Of a stretch of DNA of 25,557 bases, positions 8,204 to 16,566 are shown piece after piece. Location of the stretch: IMG/VR virus record IMGVR_UViG_3300023227_000027, positions 1 through 25,557 of that record. One strand, written 5' to 3'. The stretch comes from a virus. Lineage: Duplodnaviria; Caudoviricetes. Position 1 is the first letter of the stretch, and each line of letters opens with the position of its first letter. The notes below the pieces were generated by a model. That model worked only from the letters and a program-made list of their open reading frames with translations. It searched no databases and had not been told where the DNA came from. The translations under genes and the position numbers were made by a program.

Positions 8204-10336
8204 TTATCCGGCTTGCACGCCGACGCGGCCGGTTTGTGCGTTCTGCGGCTGCTGTGCCATAAATTGCAGGTGCTGCAAGCGCTTCTGGCTGATCTCATCG
8301 CTATCGGGGAGCTGCGCGAAACGCGCCATCGCGCCGGGTTGCTCCATCTTGTTTTGCAGCCATTCCAAGCGCAGTTGGAAATTCTGGTTATCCTCGTGCA
8401 TCGGCGGCTCTTCGCCCGCCATGATCAAGGCCCAATTCTTTTGCTCATCCTCGATCTCGCGCGCGCTGCTCTGTGATACATCCTCGAGCGCCGCATCGCT
8501 AAACTCGGGGAAATAGTGCGCGACGAGCCCGGCCACGATCGGCGCCGGGTTGATCTGCGAAGCCCGGTCCATCGGCATGATCAGCTTATGGAGCGTCTCG
8601 AGCTTGGCCTTCATCTTCTCGGGATCCAAGGTATCGGTGTTAAACGTGAGCTTGAGATCGTATTCGCCCTGGATCTCATCGCGGGAAACGGTAAACGGCA
8701 CCGGCTTGCCGCCGACGATGCGGTGGAACTTCTGATCGCTCTCGAATTGTTGCGCGAGCTGCAGCGTCATGCCCCAGCACTCGGCCAGCTCGCCGCACCA
8801 GGTATCGGCCAGATCCTGATCGTAGAGCCCGGCGCGCACCGGATTGGCCACGCGGTCGCGGGCGTAATAGCGATCGGCATCGCCCATCACCTCGAGCTCG
8901 AGCGGCTTCGCGGCCGGCGCCGTATCGGGCACACTCATTTGCCGGGTGGATTGGCCCCCACCCCGGCGCTCGCCGATCTCGCCGCGCGGCTGGATCTTGA
9001 GCGGCAGGCCGATCTCGCGCTCGGGGCGGATCATCGGCGGTTGCAAATAAAGATCCGTCTGATTGAGCCCGGCATCGCGGAGGTGCTTCTTCTCCTGCTG
9101 CCAGGAGCCCGCGATTTGTGCCACCCCGCGGCTCTCGATCAACTGGCGATCCGCGAGCTCGGCCCGCAGCTCGACAAAGGGCATCTTGCCGTGATCGTAG
9201 CCCACCGGCTCATCGATCCCGTAGAGCGGGCCATCGAGCCTATCCTTGGCGATATGCGGGCTCATTACCGTGCGGTAGCGACAAGGCACGCCGTGCTCAT
9301 CGGCCTCGGTGTAGTAAAAATAGAACACCTCATGCAGGCCATCCATCGCCTCGGCGCGATCGGCGGTCTGGCGATCTGTCGCGACCCGCCCGCCGTCGAT
9401 GTTTTCTAAAATCGTGGTGCCTTCGGTTTTCTGCACCGCGGCGATAAAATCGGGATCCCAGCCCTCGCTGAGCGCTTTCTCCTCGAGCTGCGAGGCATTG
9501 AGCGTCACGCGCCAGGCGATCCACCGCGCGTTTTGCACCTGCTCGGTATTGGCCGGGAGAAACACATCGCGCCACGGCTTGAGCGCTTCCCATCGCGGCT
9601 CGTTTACCCGCAAGTAGCGCACCGGCAGCTCCATCGTGCCCGCATCCTTGAGCGCCTTTAACTGGCTGAGCGCTTCCTTCTTCGTGAGATCCTCGTAGAC
9701 GGCCATCAACTGCGCCGCCAAAGCCGCGCGCACCTCGGGCTCTTCGGAAAACAGATCGGCCACCAGCGCCGCACTCTGTTGATCGCCCTGCTGGGCCGCT
9801 TGTTGCAGCCCCTCGAGGGTAACCACCTCGTAATCGCGACCGTATTCCTGCGCCCAGGTAATGCTCATCAAAGCAAAGCCATGCGTTTGCCGCCAGTTGG
9901 CCGCGAGCTCGCTCTCGGTCGCCGTATTCTCCCGGATCCGGGTATCGCGAAGCTGGTCCAGGTAAATCTGAGTCTTGCCGCCTCGCGCCATATCCCCGGC
10001 CTCGGTGCCGCGCACCGTGAGGCGCGAGCGCCGCTGGGCGACTTTCATCATCGTCACCTGATCGCGCACGATCTCATCCACGAGGTGGTGCCGGGTATCG
10101 GCACTATACGCCCACGGCTCGGCCGGGCGCCCATCGGCGCCGATCAGGCCCTTGCGGCCACTGGCATTTTGCTGCGACCACCGGCAAAAGCGGGTATCCT
10201 CATCGGTCGCCATCGCGGTGATGCGATCACTCGCCTGCTCGGTCGATTGCTGCAGCTCCTCCTCCATTAAGGAGAGGTTGGGTTGATCATCATCGAGGCG
10301 CATCGCGGCACCGTGGTTAAGTTCATCGTTTTTCAT
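8204..10336 (-). CDS. Portal protein
   Basis: 710 aa between terminase and scaffold, with size and layout of podovirus (P22-like) portals. Start at ATG 10336 (ATGA overlap). Confidence 0.8.
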   Translation of the reverse strand: MKNDELNHGAAMRLDDDQPNLSLMEEELQQSTEQASDRITAMATDEDTRFCRWSQQNASGRKGLIGADGRPAEPWAYSADTRHHLVDEIVRDQVTMMKVAQRRSRLTVRGTEAGDMARGGKTQIYLDQLRDTRIRENTATESELAANWRQTHGFALMSITWAQEYGRDYEVVTLEGLQQAAQQGDQQSAALVADLFSEEPEVRAALAAQLMAVYEDLTKKEALSQLKALKDAGTMELPVRYLRVNEPRWEALKPWRDVFLPANTEQVQNARWIAWRVTLNASQLEEKALSEGWDPDFIAAVQKTEGTTILENIDGGRVATDRQTADRAEAMDGLHEVFYFYYTEADEHGVPCRYRTVMSPHIAKDRLDGPLYGIDEPVGYDHGKMPFVELRAELADRQLIESRGVAQIAGSWQQEKKHLRDAGLNQTDLYLQPPMIRPEREIGLPLKIQPRGEIGERRGGGQSTRQMSVPDTAPAAKPLELEVMGDADRYYARDRVANPVRAGLYDQDLADTWCGELAECWGMTLQLAQQFESDQKFHRIVGGKPVPFTVSRDEIQGEYDLKLTFNTDTLDPEKMKAKLETLHKLIMPMDRASQINPAPIVAGLVAHYFPEFSDAALEDVSQSSAREIEDEQKNWALIMAGEEPPMHEDNQNFQLRLEWLQNKMEQPGAMARFAQLPDSDEISQKRLQHLQFMAQQPQNAQTGRVGVQAG

Positions 10337-10536
10337 AATTCTTGAGATAAAGGTTCGACGAGCTTTCGCTTCACGTCTGATTTTGCATAATAGTTTTTCG
10401 CGCACCCTGGCAATTTAACGACGGTCAGGTGCGGCTGAATCTTGCGCCACTGCTCCACGGAGATCCCATCGCACCACGCCATGATATCCCCCCGCTGTAA
10501 TAAATGCCCCTCGGGCTCTGGATTGATTGTGATCAT
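10333..10536 (-). CDS. Small HTH / excisionase-like DNA-binding protein (putative)
   Basis: 67 aa with the pattern LLQRGDIMAWCDGISVEQWRK...YYAKSDV, resembling Xis/AlpA-type winged HTH. Coupled to the portal gene. Confidence 0.45.
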   Translation of the reverse strand: MITINPEPEGHLLQRGDIMAWCDGISVEQWRKIQPHLTVVKLPGCAKNYYAKSDVKRKLVEPLSQEL

Positions 10537-10643
10537 TTCGATTTTGGATTTTGGATTGCGGAATGTGGATTGCTGGGAGGCAGAGCAGTTATGTGGAACT
10601 CAGAAAGAAATTCAGGAAACGGAAGGAACGGACTGTGAGGCAG
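10537..10643. repeat. Heptamer tandem repeat (GATTTTG-like) followed by a REP-like arm
   Basis: GATTTTG GATTTTG GATTGCG GAATGTG GATTG, then TTATGTGGAA (10589) and CGGACTGTGAGGCAG (10629). Confidence 0.6.
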
Positions 10644-10851
10644 GATCGTGGTCGGCGAGCTGGGCGGTAAACCCCACATCGCGGCAGTTGTCGCAGTAAA
10701 TCTTCACTTGATTTGGTTCGGTAGGTTCCCAATCGGCCATCATATCATCGCCCTCTTCGAGCTCGACCACTCGGCCGCAGGTCGGGCAGGTTAATATCAG
10801 TCCGACCCACCACTTCCCGATCTGCGCACTTCCTTCTTTAATGATTTTCAT
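10612..10851 (-). CDS. Small zinc-ribbon protein
   Basis: CPTC...CDNC, 79 aa from ATG 10851, flanked by inverted REP-like arms. Confidence 0.55.
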   Translation of the reverse strand: MKIIKEGSAQIGKWWVGLILTCPTCGRVVELEEGDDMMADWEPTEPNQVKIYCDNCRDVGFTAQLADHDPASQSVPSVS

Positions 10852-10862
10852 AATTCCGTTTG

Positions 10863-10898
10863 TGCCTTGTTTCCTGATTTTCCAGCTTTCCACATAAA
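10863..10898. repeat. REP-like repeat arm
   Basis: TGCCTTGTTTCCTGATTTTCCAGCTTTCCACATAAA, an inverted relative of 3733-3760. Confidence 0.7.
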
Positions 10899-10923
10899 GC
10901 GCGTTGCCTCTCGGTTCCGGGCT

Positions 10924-12942
10924 TCATGCGGCGTTTTCTCCGTAGTCTTCGGTCTCGGCGAGGATGAGGTATTTCACGAGATCGATAAAATCCTTGCAGG
11001 CGCCTTTCTGGCCGTCTTCCCCGGTCCAGTTCTGCAGCGCAAAGATTAAGTTTTTGCATTCCTTGGCGATATAGAGCCGCGGGCAATTCAAGCTATCGAT
11101 CGGCTGCCCCTCATCGTAGTCCAGGAGATCATTGATCAAGTGCACCCAATGCACCTTGGTATCATCGGCATAGGCGCCGCCGCTCGCGGGCACAAACTCC
11201 ATGCCGAGCTCATCGAGCTCCTCGAGCAGGGTGGTCGAGCCCTCGCGCTGCTGCGTGGGATGCGCGGCCGCGCGGCTGTCTAAGATCCGTGAATACACAT
11301 CCTCCCCCTGCTCAGGGCGGCGCTTGCGCTTCCTGATCGGCGTATATTCGGGGGTATCATCCTTATCCCACTGGAAAGGTTTATCATCGAGCACGACCTC
11401 CTCCCAATCGGTGCGACCTTCGAGCCGGTAGATCTCGCGCAGGTAGCGATTCAGGCCCCAGCCGAGCGCCGTTTGCGCGGGGCCTTTGGCGCCATCGTGC
11501 TTTTCGCCCGGCACCGCCCACTCGCCCATATCGCCCACGCCCGGCACGTAGCGGCCGGGGCAAGGGCTCTCGCGATAAATGTAATACGTTTTCCCGCGCG
11601 GCGTATCGAGCACGCGGCACCAGAGCATCGCCCAATTACGACCGCTGCACGGATCGACCACCATATAAGCCGTGCCCGCGCGCGGCATCTGCTCGCCGGC
11701 CATCGCGGCGTGCACGGCGGGATTGAATCGCGGAAATTTCCCCGAGATCGATTTCTCCGCGAGCCCGTAAAACCGCATGAGCTTATCCGCCGTAGGTGAA
11801 TCTTTATAGAGCGCCACGAGCTCGGGCGCATTGCCATACGCATTGTCGAAACTGTGAAAGAAGAACACGCCGGATCTCTCATCATCGATCGCCATCACCC
11901 GCGGCACCTTGCGAAATTCACGGCCTGGCGCCGGCGCGGGTTGGCTCGGGCGCCCCTCCGCAAGCGCGATCAAATCCTGCCCGGCGAGCGTGAGCTCGAG
12001 ATCGGGCTCCCCACCATCGGCCGGGCACATATACGCCGTGCCCTCGGCGGTCGTGGTCGCGCGGTCGAGAAACATTTTAACCGTGGGCGAGTAGCCACCG
12101 GCCGCGGTGCCGAGCTCGCCGACCGGGGTAAAGGTAATCAACAACCAGCCCGCACGAGTCGCCACGCGAGCCTTGAGCGTTTCGATCCAGGAGGCCGGCA
12201 CCAGCTCATCGCACCAGACCACATCCAACTCGCCGCCCTCGATCTTGGCCGCATCCTGCTCGTAGTAGCGAAACGATAAATCACTGCGATTCGGCCACAC
12301 GAGCTTCTCCTCCGAGAAACCCGTCTGCTGCTTGTAGGCAATGTAGGCCGGGTTGAGGCGGATACCCTTCTCCGTGCGCAGCTCGGCCGGAATATATTTA
12401 TAAATCAGCGGCTGCTGATAGTCGCGACTCATGCTCGCATCCTGGTGAAAAGCCCAGGCGCGCGCCCCGGCCTTAAACTGCAAGAGCTTGTTTACCCGAC
12501 TTGCGGCCCACTCGCTCTTGCCGCCCCGATTGCCGCCATTAAGCAGCAGGATCTTGATCGGCGCATCGCGCTTGAGCAACCGGCGCCGCACCGCCAGCGC
12601 CCAATCCTGCTTGGCCTGGAGCTCCTCGCGCTCGGTGATCGACTTCGCGGTGAGAATCATTTCCCGCGACGGATCCTCCCAGGGGAAACCGCACAACGCA
12701 TCGAGCACCTTCCACGATCCGGGCTCGAAACCATACCGCGCCGGATCGGCCTGCATCCGGTGAATCGTCTCCTCGCGCTCATTCAAAAACTCGAGCAAAG
12801 CCCCCACGCTATTCGCGCGCAGCCAAGCCTCATCCGGCAACGGTGCCACCGGGTGCGGAGTCACGCCCAGCAAGGCCCAAACGTCCGAGGACCAGGCTTC
12901 ACCCGGGGCCAACAAAGGAGCTGTTTGATCAGAGAGATTCAT
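10924..12942 (-). CDS. terL: Terminase large subunit
   Basis: Walker A GGNRGGKS, Walker B VVWCDE, coupling motif ITFTP, nuclease motifs MVVDP and C-terminal KDFID. Upstream of the portal gene. Confidence 0.9.
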   Translation of the reverse strand: MNLSDQTAPLLAPGEAWSSDVWALLGVTPHPVAPLPDEAWLRANSVGALLEFLNEREETIHRMQADPARYGFEPGSWKVLDALCGFPWEDPSREMILTAKSITEREELQAKQDWALAVRRRLLKRDAPIKILLLNGGNRGGKSEWAASRVNKLLQFKAGARAWAFHQDASMSRDYQQPLIYKYIPAELRTEKGIRLNPAYIAYKQQTGFSEEKLVWPNRSDLSFRYYEQDAAKIEGGELDVVWCDELVPASWIETLKARVATRAGWLLITFTPVGELGTAAGGYSPTVKMFLDRATTTAEGTAYMCPADGGEPDLELTLAGQDLIALAEGRPSQPAPAPGREFRKVPRVMAIDDERSGVFFFHSFDNAYGNAPELVALYKDSPTADKLMRFYGLAEKSISGKFPRFNPAVHAAMAGEQMPRAGTAYMVVDPCSGRNWAMLWCRVLDTPRGKTYYIYRESPCPGRYVPGVGDMGEWAVPGEKHDGAKGPAQTALGWGLNRYLREIYRLEGRTDWEEVVLDDKPFQWDKDDTPEYTPIRKRKRRPEQGEDVYSRILDSRAAAHPTQQREGSTTLLEELDELGMEFVPASGGAYADDTKVHWVHLINDLLDYDEGQPIDSLNCPRLYIAKECKNLIFALQNWTGEDGQKGACKDFIDLVKYLILAETEDYGENAA

Positions 12943-12984
12943 GCTCGAAAATTCGGAATAGGATTTATATGGAAATCAGGAAAA

Positions 12985-13332
12985 TCAGGAAACGATCCGA
13001 AAGGAATTATCGGGCAGATAGTTAGCCAGCACCGCCGCGACCTTGCGGCCCGCCAGCGTAGGCGAGACCGTGAGCCCACCCCACGGATCGCGCACCGTGC
13101 GCAGCTTGACCTTAACTCCATCATCGAGACACCGGATCGTGAGCTCGAAACCGGAAGGCTTCGCCGCGGGCATCTTGCAATGCGAAGTATCGGGCAGCAC
13201 ATCCGGGAGCGCGAGCCGCTCTATGCGCTTGCGCTCCTTGGCGGCGCGCATCTTAGCAAACCGAGCCGCGCGGCAGCAGTTCTTACTCCGGTGCAAAGAT
13301 TTGCGTCTTACCTGTGTGTTTAGGTGTGGCAT
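12985..13332 (-). CDS. Basic hypothetical protein upstream of terL
   Basis: 115-aa Arg/Lys-rich ORF starting 2 nt after the TGA at 13335. Confidence 0.55.
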   Translation of the reverse strand: MPHLNTQVRRKSLHRSKNCCRAARFAKMRAAKERKRIERLALPDVLPDTSHCKMPAAKPSGFELTIRCLDDGVKVKLRTVRDPWGGLTVSPTLAGRKVAAVLANYLPDNSFRIVS

Positions 13333-13334
13333 AT

Positions 13335-13532
13335 TCAGTTGTTCGATCCGCCTGAGCGTTTCTGTTTTTTTGGGCGGATGGCGCGGAGCGCCAAGACAGC
13401 CTCTTCGGTGATTCGCTGATCACCAGTCTCTCGGCGGCTGATGCTTTCGCGGGGCACACCCAAGAGGGCGGCAAGCCCGGCCTGCGTGAGGCCGAGCTTT
13501 TCGCGGGTCGCTTTATAGTCGTCGGGGCTCAC
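13335..13532 (-). CDS. XRE/Cro-type HTH protein (cassette 1)
   Basis: REKLGLTQAGLAALLGVPRESISRRETG is a classic HTH_3 signature. Its stop lies in phage DNA beyond the cassette boundary. Confidence 0.85.
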   Translation of the reverse strand: MSPDDYKATREKLGLTQAGLAALLGVPRESISRRETGDQRITEEAVLALRAIRPKKQKRSGGSNN

Positions 13533-13765
13533 AGGTCAATGTATCCGCTGTTGTAGCTGTCCGTCGCCGCGTCACCGCGATAGCCGACGTTGGACGCTGC
13601 CTGCTTCGCGGTGATCGCTCTCGCACCGCAAGCGGCACTGTTTACATCTCCATCGCTCTCATGTCGATCCACCCACTCGTCGCGCTCAATCTTGGATTTG
13701 AAGCGGTAGGTATTCATTTCGTTCGCGAATCCACGGGGGGATTTTTCGGCGTAATAGTGTTTCAT
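13529..13765 (-). CDS. Hypothetical protein (cassette 1), coupled to the HTH gene
   Basis: 78 aa from ATG 13765 after an A-rich leader, with a 4-nt overlap into the HTH gene. Confidence 0.65.
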   Translation of the reverse strand: MKHYYAEKSPRGFANEMNTYRFKSKIERDEWVDRHESDGDVNSAACGARAITAKQAASNVGYRGDAATDSYNSGYIDL

Positions 13766-13802
13766 TTTATATATTTGTTTTTGGTGAGGCTTGATTACCT
13801 CG

Positions 13803-13839
13803 ATGTGACATAGTGTGCATATGCTCACATTATGCGCAA
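13803..13839 (-). promoter_or_regulatory. Putative sigma70-type promoter with overlapping palindromic operator
   Basis: Minus-strand TTGCGC-18 nt-CACTAT in AT-rich DNA. Inverted repeat ATGTGA(13803)...TCACAT(13825) and a GCATATGC palindrome overlap it. Confidence 0.5.
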
Positions 13840-13889
13840 GCTTTATTTGTGATATTTCTCACTTTTATTTTGAGCACGTAAATGAGCGG

Positions 13890-13948
13890 ATCGAACCAGT
13901 CAGCCAGAGTTAACTCGCTTCGCTCGCACCTCAGCTGAGTTGTTCGTC
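13890..13948 (+). repeat. attC-like site 1 (59 bp)
   Basis: R'' ATCGAAC pairs with the cassette-start core GTTCGAT (13341; match extends to 11 bp). TCAGC/GCTGA arms, TCGCTTCGCTCG centre, R' GTTCGTC. Confidence 0.9.
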
Positions 13949-14215
13949 TCAGTAGTGGGTCTTTATGTTCTTCAGCATCGTCACGCGCCCTACAAATACT
14001 TTGCTTTCATCGTGCCTTCCGTCGGCTTCATGTAGCTGCGTGACCTCATCACTCGCCTCCTTTAGCGCCTCGGCCTCAGTGTCAAAATATGAAACATTTG
14101 GATAATACGGGTGATCTGAAACCATAACCCATTTAGACGAACCAGACACTTCACCCAACTCCTCACGGCGGGCTGGCACTTCGGCGGGTAATGTCTCGAT
14201 AGTTTCTTGTTTCAT
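13949..14215 (-). CDS. Hypothetical protein (cassette 2)
   Basis: 88 aa. GAAAGGA RBS and ATG lie inside attC2, and the stop abuts the core of attC1. Confidence 0.7.
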   Translation of the reverse strand: MKQETIETLPAEVPARREELGEVSGSSKWVMVSDHPYYPNVSYFDTEAEALKEASDEVTQLHEADGRHDESKVFVGRVTMLKNIKTHY

Positions 14216-14261
14216 TTTGATCCTTTCGGTGGTTCGTCGTCGGGTGAGTTAGATGTTCTAC
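14136..14261 (+). repeat. attC-like site 2 (126 bp)
   Basis: R'' GACGAAC is the reverse complement of GTTCGTC (13942). TCACCC/GGGTGA arms, R' GTTCTAC. Confidence 0.85.
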
Positions 14262-14497
14262 TGCCCGATTGCGGCCAGTTTTGCGCGTTGCTTGGCCCCT
14301 ACGTGTGGAACGTGACGTGATCGAGTCTGCTTCGTTAGCACCTTACCTAGTTTGCTGCGGTGATCGTGAGGGCTGACCTGCATGCCTGTTTTCTGCTTTG
14401 GGGTCGCGTCTTTCATGTCGACGGGAACGAAGTTGCGTATAAAGGCTGATGACTGTGTCATTTCTTCTTGAGTTAATTGTCCTGATGGAACGTGCAT
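14258..14497 (-). CDS. Hypothetical protein (cassette 3)
   Basis: 79 aa, with its TAG stop inside the core GTTCTAC. Confidence 0.6.
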   Translation of the reverse strand: MHVPSGQLTQEEMTQSSAFIRNFVPVDMKDATPKQKTGMQVSPHDHRSKLGKVLTKQTRSRHVPHVGAKQRAKLAAIGQ

Positions 14498-14526
14498 TAT
14501 TATATAGTTGAGGGTTTGATTACGGG

Positions 14527-15294
14527 TTAAATTTCGGAGGTAGAACCATCGTTTCGAGACAACCTCGCTTCGCTCGGCGTCTCACACGAACTGTTCTGCT
14601 TCAAAAATTCACGGCCCACGTATTCCGTGTAAGCGGGCGGTATTCCTAGCGAGAGTTCGCTGAGTGTTAAATTCCAATCGACCTGCATGTGTTCCTTTTG
14701 CACCGCGAGCGGGACGCGATACTCTCCCACGTTGCACACCGTCCGACCGTTGGGGCGGTTCGTCGATCCGGGGAAGATTCGGGCAGTGAATCGCTTGTGA
14801 TCGCACGGCACTGGATCAATCAGGAAACTCGCCTCAAACAGTCGATGTCGCCGCACCCTAATTCCGAACGATGTCCCGCACAGTTGGACGGGATCTTTCA
14901 GCGGAGCTCCTGGGACGTTCTCCATAACCCAATGCTTGCCGCTCGCAACCAGTGCTTGCCGGGTCGGCTCGATCATATCCGGCCATTTCGGTTTGTGCCC
15001 CGGTCGGCAATTCCGATAGACTGTGAATGTCTGGCACGGCGGACTTGCGTGAATCACGTCGTATTCGTGCCCGTGAGCTCGCAGATATTCCAACGCATCA
15101 CCTTGAATGAACGTGTGGGGATTGTTTGGCTGAGGGTTGATGTCCACCCCTACAATGTCGAATCCGGCTCGGCGGTAGCCTTCCCCTGCACAACCAGCCC
15201 CGCAAAACAGATCAAGCAGAACAAGACGGTGCTGACCAACCTGCTTGGCGCTAGGTGTCGGCGTTTCGTTTTCGATTATACCCTGTTTATTCAT
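14527..15294 (-). CDS. C5-cytosine DNA methyltransferase-like protein (cassette 4)
   Basis: Motif I LDLFCGAG, motif IV ASPPCQ, motif VI MENV and RxR (RRHR). Short phage-type enzyme with no cognate nuclease seen. Confidence 0.85.
   Translation of the reverse strand: MNKQGIIENETPTPSAKQVGQHRLVLLDLFCGAGCAGEGYRRAGFDIVGVDINPQPNNPHTFIQGDALEYLRAHGHEYDVIHASPPCQTFTVYRNCRPGHKPKWPDMIEPTRQALVASGKHWVMENVPGAPLKDPVQLCGTSFGIRVRRHRLFEASFLIDPVPCDHKRFTARIFPGSTNRPNGRTVCNVGEYRVPLAVQKEHMQVDWNLTLSELSLGIPPAYTEYVGREFLKQNSSCETPSEARLSRNDGSTSEI
14540..14599 (+). repeat. attC-like site 3 (60 bp), near-identical to site 15
   Basis: R'' GTAGAAC matches GTTCTAC (14255). GAGAC/GTCTC arms, R' GTTCTGC. Confidence 0.9.
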
Positions 15295-15348
15295 TCGTTT
15301 AACCCTGTTTGGTTGTTCGTCGCAGGTGGCAGACCTGAAGCGTTCTGT
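15216..15348 (+). repeat. attC-like site 4 (133 bp)
   Basis: R'' GCAGAAC matches GTTCTGC (14593). CTGACCAACCTGC/GCAGGTGGCAG arms, R' GTTCTGT. Confidence 0.85.
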
Positions 15349-15671
15349 CTCTTGAGTTCGATGATTTCACATGCCGCTTGGACACCTCGATTAAATCGGT
15401 AGTATTTATCGGAGCCTTGTTCGTATGGATTATCGCTGAATGAGCCATCCTTACACTTCCCTGTCTCGTATCCTTCGCGCTGCACGGGATCGGCTAGATC
15501 ACAGACTATCGCGTTGGGCATAATTTTATATTTATAGGTGGGAGGTGGCTTGATAGGTCGCTTGCTACGCATCGCGGCAGCATGTCCTGCTGCGTATCCT
15601 CTTCGATAATCGGATACAGAACCAGTCGCTAGTGTGGAACGCGATTGCTCGCAGTGTGTTTTATCGGGCAT
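15291..15671 (-). CDS. Hypothetical protein (cassette 5)
   Basis: 126 aa with YRRGYAAG and NPY..YYRFNRG motifs. Starts in attC5 and stops in attC4 with an ATGA overlap. Confidence 0.7.
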   Translation of the reverse strand: MPDKTHCEQSRSTLATGSVSDYRRGYAAGHAAAMRSKRPIKPPPTYKYKIMPNAIVCDLADPVQREGYETGKCKDGSFSDNPYEQGSDKYYRFNRGVQAACEIIELKRQNASGLPPATNNQTGLNE

Positions 15672-15738
15672 GGTATTTTATTCGGTTGAGGGTTTCGAGG
15701 CCGCGATCTCGTCGCGTCCCACATCTCGGTCGTTCGAC
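15616..15738 (+). repeat. attC-like site 5 (123-bp family)
   Basis: R'' ACAGAAC matches GTTCTGT (15342). TGTGGAACGCGA/TCGCGTCCCACA arms, R' GTTCGAC. Confidence 0.9.
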
Positions 15739-16061
15739 TGTGCGGGTTCATTGGTAATCGTTTCGGCCTGTCGAATGTATCGAAAAGCTGTTTCGTGCCG
15801 TGTTTCATTCGGCCATTTTTGAGATACGGCATAAATCAAATCATAGTATTTTGCCTCCAATTGTTCAATTTCGTCTGCGGCTTTTACCATGAGTTCATCG
15901 GTCGCGATTTCGTCCACAGTGGACATTTCTCCACAGTCGCCAGACCAGCGTCGCGGAGTTTGAATTGCGCCCTCGCGTAGTCGCTCAACTAGAGTCGAAC
16001 CCACAGCCAGAGCCAACGAGGCCGACTGTCCTTTTTCGGGTGATTGATTTGGTGTATTCAT
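15678..16061 (-). CDS. Hypothetical protein (cassette 6)
   Basis: 127 aa with a phage-type LVERLR...AADEIEQL motif. Starts in attC6 and stops in attC5. Confidence 0.7.
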   Translation of the reverse strand: MNTPNQSPEKGQSASLALAVGSTLVERLREGAIQTPRRWSGDCGEMSTVDEIATDELMVKAADEIEQLEAKYYDLIYAVSQKWPNETRHETAFRYIRQAETITNEPAQSNDRDVGRDEIAASKPSTE

Positions 16062-16106
16062 ATCAGGTATTACTTCGGGCCTCGTTGCTCATCAGAACCG
16101 TTAGGC
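15994..16106 (+). repeat. attC-like site 6 (113-bp family)
   Basis: R'' GTCGAAC matches GTTCGAC (15732). GAGCCAACGAGGCC/GGCCTCGTTGCTC arms with one extra base, canonical R' GTTAGGC. Confidence 0.9.
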
Positions 16107-16119
16107 AAAGAAAGATCCG

Positions 16120-16566
16120 ATGCGCAGCGAGTATTCAAAGGAAGAAGAGAATCGTTGGTATTCGCTCGGCGAGTCAGTCGCTCTTGCCATCCCATATCTC
16201 CCTTGGACAGCAGCTCCCTGGCTACGGCCAGCGACAACTGATGCCGATTTGCCAGCGCGCGTTCAGGCGTTTGAGCTGATCGAACGGCCCCACGTCGCGC
16301 GCATCGAAGCAGCCGTTGAGCAGTGGCTTCGAGACCAGAAGCCACCCGTATTAGAAGAAGAGCCCATGTTTTTCTTTTCATTACGATTTCAGGTTGTCGG
16401 TTCTTTACTGATGTCATTCCGTTTATTGGCTGATGCGCTGCCATATCCAGCCGACATTTCGGAGCGTGAGATCGCGCATCGTTGGCTGATCGATTGGTGG
16501 CGCGATAGTGGGGCCTTCCACGGAGTTGGCCACACCTCTGCGGAGCACGAAGGAGAGCCTAACTAG
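16120..16566 (+). CDS. Hypothetical protein in a canonically oriented cassette (cassette 7)
   Basis: ATG 13 nt after GTTAGGC, and the ORF ends ...EPN* across R'' GCCTAAC-TAG, the textbook cassette layout. Confidence 0.75.
   Translation: MRSEYSKEEENRWYSLGESVALAIPYLPWTAAPWLRPATTDADLPARVQAFELIERPHVARIEAAVEQWLRDQKPPVLEEEPMFFFSLRFQVVGSLLMSFRLLADALPYPADISEREIAHRWLIDWWRDSGAFHGVGHTSAEHEGEPN

Noticed and set aside
2891-9409. Long plus-strand ORFs (e.g. 2891-3940, 5061-5978, 6240-7028, 8516-9409; also 21927-23066)
   Set aside because: Antisense shadows of well-supported minus-strand genes in GC-rich DNA, with no recognisable motifs.
12985-13332. Terminase small subunit call
   Set aside because: The position fits, but there is no recognisable HTH or TerS motif, so it is left as hypothetical.
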